A stretch of 64,000 bases of DNA, from IMG/VR virus record IMGVR_UViG_3300036939_000049, positions 37,253 through 101,252 of that record. The stretch is one strand, 5' to 3'. Numbering within the stretch: position 1 is the first letter of the stretch; the number at the start of each line of letters is the position of its first letter. Made by a program: the position numbers and the translations under genes. The DNA is from a virus. The notes beneath the pieces were generated by a model that saw only the letters and a program-made list of their open reading frames with translations, ran no database searches and was not told the DNA's origin. Shown one piece after another: positions 8,891-18,507 of the stretch.

Positions 8891-9868
8891 TTAAATTGTC
8901 CTTGACAAAATTTTCGATGTTGCGCGATCGCGTTGGTTGATTAATCTCAATGTGTCTTCTGCTACTAGTTTCTCGTCTGGTGCTTGAGCTGGCAAGGCAT
9001 CAGCGATAAGCGCGATTGCGCCTTTCGGGAACCTTGCTTTAACCTCTCCTTGGTATCCGACACGAGAAACAATCAGGTTTTGACCTTCTATCAGCACTCC
9101 GCCAAGATAAGCCCCATCTTTGGTTATTCGTAAACACCAAGTTTCATCATCCAGGAGTGCTGTGAATTCAAGCCCTCGCTTTGTGGCTTCAGCCTCCAGT
9201 TGATCTTTGAGACAGGGCTTGTCGGATGCTGAAATTCGCGAGTTGTTCCAGTCTGTTAAATAAGGGGAGATGTCCGCGATCGCGCAACTACTTGTTTTCG
9301 TACCGTTCCAGTTGTAACGGAGTTTAATGCTGCCGTCCTCAACCGGAATGACTTCTTTGATGGTTGCCCCTATTTTACCCCGCTGCTCCAAGGCGAAATT
9401 CAATGCTTTGACGATTTTACCAGTGGCGACAAAGCTACAGGTTTTCCATCCCGAATCCAGGGTGTAGACCAAATAAAATACCCCTTGCTTGGTTTTTCCC
9501 AACTTAATAACGCTTTTGATTTGGGTGTCGTTGACGAGGGACTCGTATCTGGGTTTACGGCTAGGCGGCTTCAGCTTGATGACTGCAATACCCGCTAACT
9601 GAGCCGCCCAACTGCGCTCTTGTTCAAGAGACTCTTCTAAAGTGTCGGAACGCTGTCCGCGCTGTGCTCGCTCTTTAATCTTGGCTTCTAGCGCCTCAAT
9701 TCTTTGCTCACACAACTTGAGTGCTGCATCTGGCGCTAGCTTGGTGCAGTTGATGACAGCTTTCTCGCCAAAGCGTCGAAAGTCTCCAGCTGTTGCTTCG
9801 TGCAAGCCTTCTACAAAACGGAATTTTGGCGGATAACGTACAGGGTTACTGGCAGGAAGTGCTAACAT
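8891..9868 (-). CDS. Hypothetical protein
   Basis: 325-aa ORF abutting the next gene. Confidence 0.7.
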   Translation of the reverse strand: MLALPASNPVRYPPKFRFVEGLHEATAGDFRRFGEKAVINCTKLAPDAALKLCEQRIEALEAKIKERAQRGQRSDTLEESLEQERSWAAQLAGIAVIKLKPPSRKPRYESLVNDTQIKSVIKLGKTKQGVFYLVYTLDSGWKTCSFVATGKIVKALNFALEQRGKIGATIKEVIPVEDGSIKLRYNWNGTKTSSCAIADISPYLTDWNNSRISASDKPCLKDQLEAEATKRGLEFTALLDDETWCLRITKDGAYLGGVLIEGQNLIVSRVGYQGEVKARFPKGAIALIADALPAQAPDEKLVAEDTLRLINQRDRATSKILSRTI

Positions 9869-9956
9869 ACTTTGTATACTGACACTACAGCTACAGAAAG
9901 AGGGCGATCGCGTACTTGGTCACAGCAGCGCGATCGCTTTGTCTTTTCTTATTATT

Positions 9957-9984
9957 ACAAGTTGACTATCGACTGTCAACTTGT
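9957..9984. promoter_or_regulatory. Perfect 10-bp inverted repeat, probable operator over divergent promoters
   Basis: acaagttgac-N8-gtcaacttgt between divergent genes 9868 and 10037. Each arm contains TTGAC. Confidence 0.55.
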
Positions 9985-10036
9985 TAGTATTCTGAATATC
10001 AGTATTTTGGTATATCAGTAAACGAGAGACAATACT

Positions 10037-10324
10037 TTGGTAGTTTTGCAAGAGGTTAGGTCTGTGCGGGTTTATCTCGACATCAGCGGGTATTGGCCAA
10101 AATATGGCGATGGAGAGCCGCGATCGGTTAACTCCGTTCACGAGGCGTTAAAGGGGACGCCCAACGAAATTGGACGGAATACCCTGCGTTTGGCACTAGA
10201 AGGGCGTTTAGACCGTGGACACTTCGCTCATGTGATTAAGTTGCAGCGTGTTGTGTCGTACTGGGTTGGGAGAAAGGTTTCGTTGGAAGAGTTGATGACA
10301 GTAGAAGAGGAGCGGCGCGTGTAA
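10037..10324 (+). CDS. Small putative DNA-binding protein
   Basis: 95 aa with a Cro/XRE-like segment (IGRNTLRLALEG...VSLEELM). The stop codon overlaps a 19-bp motif copy. Confidence 0.55.
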   Translation: MVVLQEVRSVRVYLDISGYWPKYGDGEPRSVNSVHEALKGTPNEIGRNTLRLALEGRLDRGHFAHVIKLQRVVSYWVGRKVSLEELMTVEEERRV

Positions 10325-10604
10325 ACTATTCGTGTACATCAAAAACCTCTGGCTTGGAGCTAGAGGTTTGTTTTTGGGTGGGCGCGATCGCGAATAATGT
10401 AATAATAAAGAAGATCGCGTTACGGAGTTTTTCTCCCTGAATGGCTTCCAGTTAGACAAAAGTTGAAGAATGAATGGGTGTCAATGCCCTGGAAAACTCA
10501 TTGGAATTTGGTCTAGGTAGCGCGATTACCGCGTGTAAACGTTTCGTGCACAAAAAACCCCTGGCTTGGAGCTAGGGGTTTGTTTTTGGGTGGGCGCGAT
10601 CGCG
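10317..10604 (+). repeat. About 75-bp direct repeat (10317-10392 and 10531-10604) made of 19-bp motif, hairpin terminator and HIP1
   Basis: gcgtgtaaac..ttcgtg.aca..aaaaacc.ctggcttggagctag.ggtttgtttttgggtgggcgcgatcgcg occurs twice. Confidence 0.85.
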
Positions 10605-10622
10605 TTCAATAGATTTCGCTGA

Positions 10623-11390
10623 CTATACAGTCACCAGCAATTCCGGTCTTTCGACTACATCCGATTCTTGTTTTCCACGACTTAATACTAAGTCGCCCAC
10701 GCCCGTTCGTTCACATTGGAAGTGAACTAACATCCAGCCAGCCTTAGTACGAATCCGAGCAGCCTGCTCAAACCGGGTTTTACCCTGTGCATACAGCTGT
10801 CGTTTCTGCTCTAAATCTTCTGGATGCCAGTCTCCAGATGTGTCGCGCTGAATCGCGGCTTTCATGTCTTCCATAGACAAAGCATTGAAATTGAACAAAT
10901 CAACGCTTGCCTTGTTAATACCCCACTGGATAGTGCGAATAACACCACCGTTACTATTTAAGATGGGCTGAACCAAACCCATCGGCTCATCGGAATTTTG
11001 CATTCGGTCAATAACGGCATCCATTTGTAATTTCTGGTCTGGGGTGATAATTCCACCAAACCAGACAAAACGATCGGGCACTTGAATGCTTGATGCTAGA
11101 TTAGAAGTTGATTCCATTGTTTCTCTCCTTGGTATAGGTATTGGTTCTTCGGGAGCCATGCTGGCAAATACCCGGTAACCGTTTACTTTGCCAGGGCAGC
11201 AAATCTGAGCAACGTCCAGCCCTACCCGGCGTAAAAGTAGGGCTATCCGCTCAGAGACACCTGGTTTTTTGATAAGGGTCTGCACAGAAGATTTAGGTAA
11301 ACCCCTTAGCACTAGTTTATTTCCTTCAGCCTGCCAGCCTAACTGCAAAAGGCTTAAATCAAGTTTGTCTACAGCGTTGTCAAACCCCAT
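10623..11390 (-). CDS. Hypothetical protein
   Basis: 255-aa ORF overlapping the end of the upstream gene. Confidence 0.7.
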   Translation of the reverse strand: MGFDNAVDKLDLSLLQLGWQAEGNKLVLRGLPKSSVQTLIKKPGVSERIALLLRRVGLDVAQICCPGKVNGYRVFASMAPEEPIPIPRRETMESTSNLASSIQVPDRFVWFGGIITPDQKLQMDAVIDRMQNSDEPMGLVQPILNSNGGVIRTIQWGINKASVDLFNFNALSMEDMKAAIQRDTSGDWHPEDLEQKRQLYAQGKTRFEQAARIRTKAGWMLVHFQCERTGVGDLVLSRGKQESDVVERPELLVTV

Positions 11391-11913
11391 TCCTCTTTCT
11401 TCCTCTCTTGTGTTTTTGGACGAGCTTGACGATTTCTGTCAAGCTTTCCGCTTCAGTATCTTCAAGGTCTAAAGCCCCTGAAAGCTCTAGGGCATCATCT
11501 GAATCAGCTTTTGCTGTGATCAGCTTTTGAATAAACGCGATCGCGAGCTTGCCCGCATCTTCTATTTCATCTTCTTCATGCGGTAGATTTTCACGCTGCC
11601 GCATAGTGGACTCCGCCTGAGCCAAAATTTCGCGACCCAGCCGAATCAACTGAATTCCAGAAAACCGGGCGAATGATCGACGTACCTCGTCAATTGACAA
11701 CACGCGATCGCTTACGCTGCTTTTTTCGTCTAGCTTCAGTAGCCCACGTGCAAACCGCTCAATAACTTCGGCAAATGAAACCCCCAAGGAATCAGCGATT
11801 TCCTTGAAAAGTCGTTTGCCCGTAGCCGTCAGTTGAAGGTTAAGGCGTTCCGATTTCGGCTCATCCCATGCTTCACCCTGCCCCCGTCGAGATTTGATTC
11901 CTTTTTTTCCCAT
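11380..11913 (-). CDS. Ribbon-helix-helix (CopG-like) DNA-binding protein
   Basis: ERLNLQLTATGKRLFKEIADSLGVSFAEVIERFAR. Confidence 0.7.
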   Translation of the reverse strand: MGKKGIKSRRGQGEAWDEPKSERLNLQLTATGKRLFKEIADSLGVSFAEVIERFARGLLKLDEKSSVSDRVLSIDEVRRSFARFSGIQLIRLGREILAQAESTMRQRENLPHEEDEIEDAGKLAIAFIQKLITAKADSDDALELSGALDLEDTEAESLTEIVKLVQKHKRGRKRNGV

Positions 11914-12317
11914 TTTTTTATCCTAAGGCATTGCACGATACCTCCACCAGCAGAAGCCCCGATATATAGGTACTCTATCATTTATTTATTTATTTGTACG
12001 ATGCCCTTGACAAGGCTCTACAGAGCACCTAAAGTAAGTAACAGGTCGAGCAAAGACCTTTTGCACCTTGCAGGCTACACAAAACCGTGTAAGCCAGCAG
12101 GTTTACACGGTTTCTTTTTCTATGAAAGAACTATTTTGTCTCTCGGCTCTCGCGATCGCGCTCCTCCTTCTCATAGGAATAACCGCGCAATCGACTATCG
12201 AGCTATCCAATCCTTTACTCGAACGAAACGATGAATTTTAAGTCAATGTTTCACCTAACCCTAGAGCTAGGTGCTTGGTTAGTGACAATGCAAGTTTTGG
12301 TAAGTTTAATCCACGAA

Positions 12318-12516
12318 CTAGGGTAGTAGTTTTATCCAAAACTCACACCGTTTACCTGGATTAGCCGCTGCCGCTCTGGCAATCACTTGAACTAACTTTT
12401 CTAATTCCCAGCTTTCTTCATCAGGGCTTCTGAGAATCACCTCAGCTTCTGGTACTGAGAGGAAAGCGTTCACATGCACTGTTTCGCTGACCTTGTACAC
12501 GCCTTTTGTTTCGCTC
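12318..12516 (-). pseudogene. 66-aa gene whose start codon is split by IscB element 1
   Basis: Joining 12516 to 14137 gives CAT on the plus strand, i.e. an in-frame ATG before SETKGVYKV... Confidence 0.7.
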
Positions 12517-12761
12517 GTCAATAACTCGCCGCTAAGTTCTAACGAACTATAGCGGGAGCTTGTGAAAACAGGCTCTAGTTGACCAGACTCAGTTCGCAAG
12601 AACTACGTTATTCAGTTCATGAAACCTACAAATACGTGCCAGTTTGTAGCTCTTTCGTACAACGTTAAACATCTGTAATGAGTTAAGGAAGTGCGTTGTG
12701 CTAAAAAAGGCTGGATAACATTGTCGAGGCAAACTTAACCAGTAATGAGAGTCTCAAAGTA
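12517..12761 (+). ncRNA. omegaRNA (HEARO-like) scaffold of IscB 1
   Basis: Blocks gttgaccag, tacgtgccag, ttaaaca and cgaggcaaacttaacc upstream of iscB are shared with copy 2. Confidence 0.8.
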
Positions 12762-14045
12762 ATGCGAGTTTTCGTTCTAGATAAAAACCTAATTCCTCTT
12801 GACCCTTGCCATCCAGCACGGGCGAGAGAACTACTACAAAAGGGGAGGGCTAAAGTATTCAAGCGATATCCATTCACTATTGTTCTACAAGATAGAACTG
12901 CGGAGGATTCGGTTACACATCCACATCGAGTCAAAATTGACCCAGGTAGCAAAGTTACAGGGTTTGCGGTTGTTCAAGAAGAAACAGGGCGAGTAACAAA
13001 TGCTTTAGAAGTTGCCCATCGGGGACAGCAAATCAAGGACTCCCTTGAGTCTCGACGCGCTTTAAGAAGAGGTCGGCGCAATCGAAAAACTCGATACCGC
13101 AAGCCTCGCTTCTTGAACAGAACTCGTAAAGCTGGATGGCTTCCACCTTCTCTTGAGAGTCGTATTACCAACATTGAGACTTGGGTAAAGAGACTCAGAA
13201 AACTTTGCCCAGTTACTGCAATTTCTCAGGAATTGGTAAGGTTTGATCTACAGAAAATAGAGAATCCAGAAATTAGTGGGGTTGAGTATCAAAGAGGCGA
13301 ACTGTTTGGCTTCGAGGTTAAGGAATATTTATTAGCTAAATGGAACAGGAAATGCGCCTATTGTGGAGTTGAGAACGTTCCTTTCGAGATTGAACATATC
13401 CTTGCCAAAAGCAAAGGGGGTTCAAACCGAGTTAGTAACCTCTGCCTAAGCTGTCATTCCTGCAACCAATCCAAGGGTAACAAGCCTGTTGAGGAATTCC
13501 TCAAGAAAAAGCCTGAAGTTCTCAAGAGGGTATTAGCTCAAGCCAAAGCACCCCTTAAAGATGCTGCTGCGGTTAACGCAACTCGTTGGGAACTGTATAG
13601 CCGCCTTCAATCTACGGGTTTACCTGTAGAGGTTGGGTCAGGCGGTCGAACAAAGTTTAACCGTAAAACCAGGGGGATTGAGAAACATCACTGGACAGAT
13701 GCCGCTTGTGTTGGAGCATCAACTCCAGAACAACTTCTGCTTAAGGGTGTCAAACCTCTGATTGTTAAAGCTAAAGGTCACGGAACTAGGCAACGCTGTC
13801 GCCCTGATAAGTTTGGTTTTCCAAAAGCGCATGCGCCCAGCGCTAAGTATTTTCAGGGCTTCCAAACCGGAGACATCGTTAAAGCCAACATCCCGTCTGG
13901 AAAATTTGCAGGTAATTATGTTGGCAGAGTTGCTATTCGATTTAGACCAAGTTTCGTCTTGCAACTGCCTACTCAAAAATTTGATGTACACCCAAAATAC
14001 TTGAAAACTATCCACAAAGCGGACGGCTATGAATATCAATTCTGA
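12762..14045 (+). CDS. iscB: RNA-guided endonuclease IscB
   Basis: PLDPCHPARAR (PLMP), IDPGSK (RuvC-I), Arg-rich bridge helix, ELVRFD, CAYC..EHI HNH, HWTDAA. Confidence 0.95.
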   Translation: MRVFVLDKNLIPLDPCHPARARELLQKGRAKVFKRYPFTIVLQDRTAEDSVTHPHRVKIDPGSKVTGFAVVQEETGRVTNALEVAHRGQQIKDSLESRRALRRGRRNRKTRYRKPRFLNRTRKAGWLPPSLESRITNIETWVKRLRKLCPVTAISQELVRFDLQKIENPEISGVEYQRGELFGFEVKEYLLAKWNRKCAYCGVENVPFEIEHILAKSKGGSNRVSNLCLSCHSCNQSKGNKPVEEFLKKKPEVLKRVLAQAKAPLKDAAAVNATRWELYSRLQSTGLPVEVGSGGRTKFNRKTRGIEKHHWTDAACVGASTPEQLLLKGVKPLIVKAKGHGTRQRCRPDKFGFPKAHAPSAKYFQGFQTGDIVKANIPSGKFAGNYVGRVAIRFRPSFVLQLPTQKFDVHPKYLKTIHKADGYEYQF

Positions 14046-14167
14046 AAAGGATTCGCTTCGCTCAATTATTCTTGGCGGCAATTCCCCTCCCGCTAACCCT
14101 ATCGGGTATAACGGGAGTCCCCTTGCCGCATTTTAGATGGTATTTTGGGGAACTCTAAAAGGGACAC

Positions 14168-14228
14168 GCGATCGCTAGTGGTCTAGCAGCACAAGTCAGC
14201 TGACTGGGTTCAATTCCTGACGATTGCA
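14168..14228 (+). pseudogene. Degenerate tRNA-like element
   Basis: 7-bp acceptor stem gcgatcg/cgattgc plus A, D-loop-like tagtggtcta, T-loop GGTTCAATTCC. Only 61 nt and no proper anticodon arm. Confidence 0.35.
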
Positions 14229-14670
14229 ACTGAGAGCCAGCAGATTACGAGGCTTCTGGCTCCCAGGTAAACCTTAGTTAGGTTCTACATTATCATGCCA
14301 CCAACCGACGACGAAATTCGACGGACTGAAGAAACTAAAAGAGTTTTAAAAGAGGCGGTCGATAAGCGGGAGGCTGAGCAAGCCGCTAAACAGCGGGGGG
14401 ATAAGCCAAAGTGAAATATCTAATGTTCGCGATCGCGCTGACCACCTTGCTCTGTTTCAAAGCTTGTCCTGAGTCCCCCGACCGAGGCGACTGCCGAGAA
14501 AACTGCCCGAAACCAACTCAACCCAAGTAGTTTCGCGCACCTGCTCATTCCTTTTAAGGTTGAGCGGGATGGGCGAATCAATAAAGCCCCCTAGCGGTAG
14601 AGTTTCTATCATCTCGACCGGGTGAGCCGCTAGGTTTCTTCTTCCAATTAATTAAATAAGGTTAACAGCC

Positions 14671-14883
14671 ATGCCAATGACTAAATTGCAACGTGAACAG
14701 CATCGGTTAGTTTTGCTACGTCGTTATCGCCAGCAATTGATTAACCAGGGTATATGCGAAGACTTGGCGAATGCCGCATTCCGCATCTGGAAGCGCGGTG
14801 TTCAACGTCAAAGAGATACACTAATTCTCGATCGCATCGAAGAACTTCTGGCTATGCCCGTATCCCGTCGTTTAGCGGCTTAG
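14671..14883 (+). CDS. Hypothetical protein
   Basis: First of a tightly packed run of small ORFs. Confidence 0.6.
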   Translation: MPMTKLQREQHRLVLLRRYRQQLINQGICEDLANAAFRIWKRGVQRQRDTLILDRIEELLAMPVSRRLAA

Positions 14884-15148
14884 GTAAAATGCAACAAAAC
14901 TGGAAAATAGGCGATCACGTCCGCTCCCAAACTAAACTACATCGGGTAACCGGTACAAAACCCAATGGTGTTGAGTTGACCTCAGAGGACGGATGTGTCA
15001 AAACTCATTCACAAGAGGTGTTTGAAAGCAATGGCTTCCACAAAGAAGAGATTAACTTTTGTCGAAGTTCGCAAACTAGCGAATCAGAAAGGGTTGTCGA
15101 TGGACAGACATCATAAGCAAGGTTTCCGCATATGGGACAACACTTTCC

Positions 15149-15529
15149 ATGCAGAGAAATACAACAGCAAAAATCTCTACCCAAATTTGCATGCTGCAAA
15201 AGAGTTCATCGAAAGTTACGAACCCAGTACATCTAGCTGAACCTGCTGAGTACGTTTATTTGAGGCACTGGCAAAGCGGGGTCATTATTCGGTGTCGGTT
15301 AACACGCGATCGCGCAGACTTCCAAATCGAAAATTTCTTAGGTTCTCAAGTTCTCGACTACATCAACAGCTTTTGGGAACCAATATCGAGTAGTGCTGTT
15401 TTGTATGTAGGTAACCCACCAAATCTAAAGCTGCGTCATCAGCAGCGTGCATACTATCTCCAAAACTACCTCAATCGTCTACAGTTCCAAAGGATTGAGG
15501 AGTTACTAAAAGCATTAACAGTGAGGTAA
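15149..15529 (+). CDS. Hypothetical protein
   Basis: ORF in a small-gene run; start uncertain. Confidence 0.5.
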   Translation: MQRNTTAKISTQICMLQKSSSKVTNPVHLAEPAEYVYLRHWQSGVIIRCRLTRDRADFQIENFLGSQVLDYINSFWEPISSSAVLYVGNPPNLKLRHQQRAYYLQNYLNRLQFQRIEELLKALTVR

Positions 15530-15717
15530 ATCATGCAGAGAATTGTTACGGTTGCCAAGTATCAGAAAGCTGCTGACAGCGATGTTAAACATCTCTTGAT
15601 AGCAGCCAACAAAGATTGGATTGAATGCGACAAGCTTACTCATTCGCTGGCTTGGAAAACCATCACATCTGGAGGTGTATTTTTTTCAAGTGAGCGCATT
15701 TCAAAGTAAGGCGGAGT

Positions 15718-15961
15718 GTCAACGACCCGCCGCTAACCGCTTAGGCGGTATAGCGGGGGCTTGAAAGAGTCCTACGTTGACCAGCTCACTTGGTAACAAG
15801 TAAACGTTAATTTGGTCATCTCACCTTGGGGTACGTGCCAGCTCCAAGCTCTGAGGTTCAACATTAAACAGCAAGGACGGGAAAACCAAGCAGTGTGTTG
15901 AACGTAAAAAGCCAAGTTAACTGAGCGAGGCAAACTTAACCAGTAATGAGAGGCAGCAGTA
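15718..15961 (+). ncRNA. omegaRNA scaffold of IscB 2
   Basis: Same conserved blocks as copy 1, directly upstream of iscB. Confidence 0.8.
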
Positions 15962-17245
15962 ATGCGCGTTTTCGTTCTAGACAAAAACTTAAAGCCTCTT
16001 GACCCTTGCCATCCTGCACGGGCAAGAGAACTACTACAAAAAAGGAGGGCGAAAGTATTCAAGCGCTATCCATTCACCATTGTTTTGCAAGATAGAACCG
16101 TTGAGGATTCGGTTACACATCCTCACCGAATCAAAATTGACCCCGGTAGCAAAATCACGGGCTTTGCTGTTGTTCAAGAGAAGACAGGTCGCGTCACAAG
16201 CGCCATTGAAGTCTCGCACCGAGGGCTGCAAATCAAGGATGCTCTTGAGTCACGCAGGGCATTACGAAGGGGTCGGCGTAACCGTAAAACCCGTTACCGT
16301 AAACCTCGTTTCTTGAACAGAACTCGTAAACAGGGATGGCTTCCACCTTCTTTTGAAAGTCGAATAGCCAATATTGAGACTTGGGTGCGGAGGATCAGAA
16401 AACTCTGTCCAATTTCAGACATCTCTCAAGAACTGGTAAGGTTTGACCTTCAACAGATGGAAAATCCTGAAATATCAGGAGTTGAGTATCAAAGAGGGGA
16501 GTTATTCGGATTTGAAGTTAAGGAGTACTTACTTCAAAAATGGGGTAGAAAATGTGCCTACTGCGGCATTGAAAACGTTCCGTTCGAGATTGAACATATC
16601 CTCGCCAAAAGCAAAGGTGGCTCTAATAGAGTTAGCAATCTCTGTCTGAGTTGTCATTCATGCAACCAAGCCAAAGGCAACAAGCCTGTTGAGGAATTCC
16701 TCAAGAAAAAACCTGAAGTTCTCAAACAGATTTTAGCTCAAGCCAAAGCACCTCTCAAAGATGCTGCGGCTGTCAATGCGACCCGATGGGAACTGTACAG
16801 ACGACTGCAATCAACTGGGTTGCCTGTAGAAGTCGGGTCTGGCGGTCGGACAAAGTTCAATCGTAAAACCAGAGGGATTGAAAAAGCTCACTGGACTGAT
16901 GCAGCTTGTGTAGGTGCGTCTACTCCAGGGCGATTACTTCTTAATGGGGTAAAACCACTGAATGTCAAAGCCAAAGGGCATGGAAGAAGGCAGCGTTGCG
17001 GTACAGACAAATTTGGATTCCCAGTCCGTCATGCTCCAAGTCAGAAACTTTTCATGGGATTCCAGACAGGTGACTTGGTTAAAGCTGATGTTCTGGCTGG
17101 AAAGTATGCAGGGAGCTATACGGGTCGAATTGCAATCCGATTCAAACCAAGTTTCAAGTTAACAACTGGAGGAAAGAGTTTTGACGTGCATCCGAAATAT
17201 TTGAAGACCATCCATAAGGCTGATGGCTACGAATATGCATCCTAA
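15962..17245 (+). CDS. iscB: RNA-guided endonuclease IscB
   Basis: Same motifs and length (427 aa) as 12762-14045. Confidence 0.95.
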   Translation: MRVFVLDKNLKPLDPCHPARARELLQKRRAKVFKRYPFTIVLQDRTVEDSVTHPHRIKIDPGSKITGFAVVQEKTGRVTSAIEVSHRGLQIKDALESRRALRRGRRNRKTRYRKPRFLNRTRKQGWLPPSFESRIANIETWVRRIRKLCPISDISQELVRFDLQQMENPEISGVEYQRGELFGFEVKEYLLQKWGRKCAYCGIENVPFEIEHILAKSKGGSNRVSNLCLSCHSCNQAKGNKPVEEFLKKKPEVLKQILAQAKAPLKDAAAVNATRWELYRRLQSTGLPVEVGSGGRTKFNRKTRGIEKAHWTDAACVGASTPGRLLLNGVKPLNVKAKGHGRRQRCGTDKFGFPVRHAPSQKLFMGFQTGDLVKADVLAGKYAGSYTGRIAIRFKPSFKLTTGGKSFDVHPKYLKTIHKADGYEYAS

Positions 17246-17403
17246 GAACAAGGATTCGCTATCGCTCAATTTATTTACTGGCGGCAATTCCCCAGACGCT
17301 AAGTTGTCGGCGGTACTCGCCTTACGGCTCGATATATCCGCCTCAACTATAGCATCCGCCCCCTTGCCGCATTCTAGGTGGTGTGTTTAGTTCAGATTAA
17401 AAA

Positions 17404-18507
17404 ATGGTAAAAAGAGGACCAAAGATAAACCTCCGCGAAGCTTGGGAGGATGACGAAGAAGAGGTTCTTCCTGAACCTGAACTGGAGCTTGATGAGGTCG
17501 AATCAGCTCCAGATATTGAAGAAGTCCAGCAAGTTGAAGAAGAGGAAATTGTAGATGAGCGCGATCGCGCCAACCCAGAACCGGACGAACCTCAACAAGA
17601 GCCTGAGCAACCAAAGGCTGAGGAAGTCAAAAAAAAAGATGAGCTGCTTGTCCGTCACATAATCCCAATCGACCCGGAACTGGCGGAGCGAATGTGGGGG
17701 CGACCGTTAACCCCAGAGCAGCGTCAGCAACTTGAAGAAGACTGGGCGTTAGGCTTCCGACAATTAACGGATGAAGAGAGACGCTTCTGCGGTATCTCAA
17801 ACAACCCGGAAACTTATTCTCGGATGGAGGCTCTTTCAAAGAATTACTTGAAGGTATCTTTCCAGCAAGGTAAAGACGACTTAATTGTCTTAGAGTTAGC
17901 CAGCAAACAATACGGCTGGCCGGAGGGCTACCTCCGTGATGAGAACGGACGATTTACCGATCGCTGTGTTTTTGAACTCATGCAGCTTCGGCGTCGCGTT
18001 CGAGAATGGATACTTCCTGAAGAACCTGATGGGAGCATAGCTCTCGAAAAATATAAGCGAGGAGACTTAGCCGCCAAGCGCGGGATTCGGATAAAAAACC
18101 CACGTTACAGCCAACGGTTTGATTATCTAGATGCCCTGTTTGAACGGGCTAAACGCTGGAGGGCATGGAAAGAGGAACGCGATCGCGCAGTCCCTGTTGT
18201 TGTTGATGTTGGCGAAGCCGTGTTTGGGGAATTAGTTCTAACTCCTCAGACTAGAAGTCAACACGAAGCTCAACGCAGTGTCGCCCTTCAAAAGCTGGAA
18301 GAAGCAGAGCACTTACTGTGTTCTGTCCCGGAGCAGTTGAAAGACTCCATCTGGGAAACAGTCCGCCCATTATGGGCAAACGTTGGACTTGAATTGCGAG
18401 CCAACGGTATCGCATATGCGACTCAAATAATGCAAACAGGAGAAATCAATGAAAGCACTGAATCCGATCAGCCAAATGAACAACACCCAGACAGAGAATC
18501 CTATTGA
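17404..18507 (+). CDS. Hypothetical protein with acidic N-terminus, in an operon with the actin-like ATPase
   Basis: 367-aa ORF overlapping the next gene. Confidence 0.7.
   Translation: MVKRGPKINLREAWEDDEEEVLPEPELELDEVESAPDIEEVQQVEEEEIVDERDRANPEPDEPQQEPEQPKAEEVKKKDELLVRHIIPIDPELAERMWGRPLTPEQRQQLEEDWALGFRQLTDEERRFCGISNNPETYSRMEALSKNYLKVSFQQGKDDLIVLELASKQYGWPEGYLRDENGRFTDRCVFELMQLRRRVREWILPEEPDGSIALEKYKRGDLAAKRGIRIKNPRYSQRFDYLDALFERAKRWRAWKEERDRAVPVVVDVGEAVFGELVLTPQTRSQHEAQRSVALQKLEEAEHLLCSVPEQLKDSIWETVRPLWANVGLELRANGIAYATQIMQTGEINESTESDQPNEQHPDRESY

Larger units (their letters stand above)
12517..14136 (+). mobile_element. IS200/IS605-superfamily IscB element 1 (no tnpA)
   Basis: Starts GTCAATAAC with a subterminal hairpin. 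Ends CCCCTTGCCGCATTTTAG, followed by ATGG. Confidence 0.85.
15718..17377 (+). mobile_element. IscB element 2 (no tnpA)
   Basis: Starts GTCAACGACCCGCCGCTAACC. Ends CCCCTTGCCGCATTCTAG, followed by GTGG. Confidence 0.85.

Noticed and set aside
12318-12599. 93-aa ORF as annotated in the track
   Set aside because: The first 27 codons are antisense omegaRNA; the real gene began at the insertion junction.
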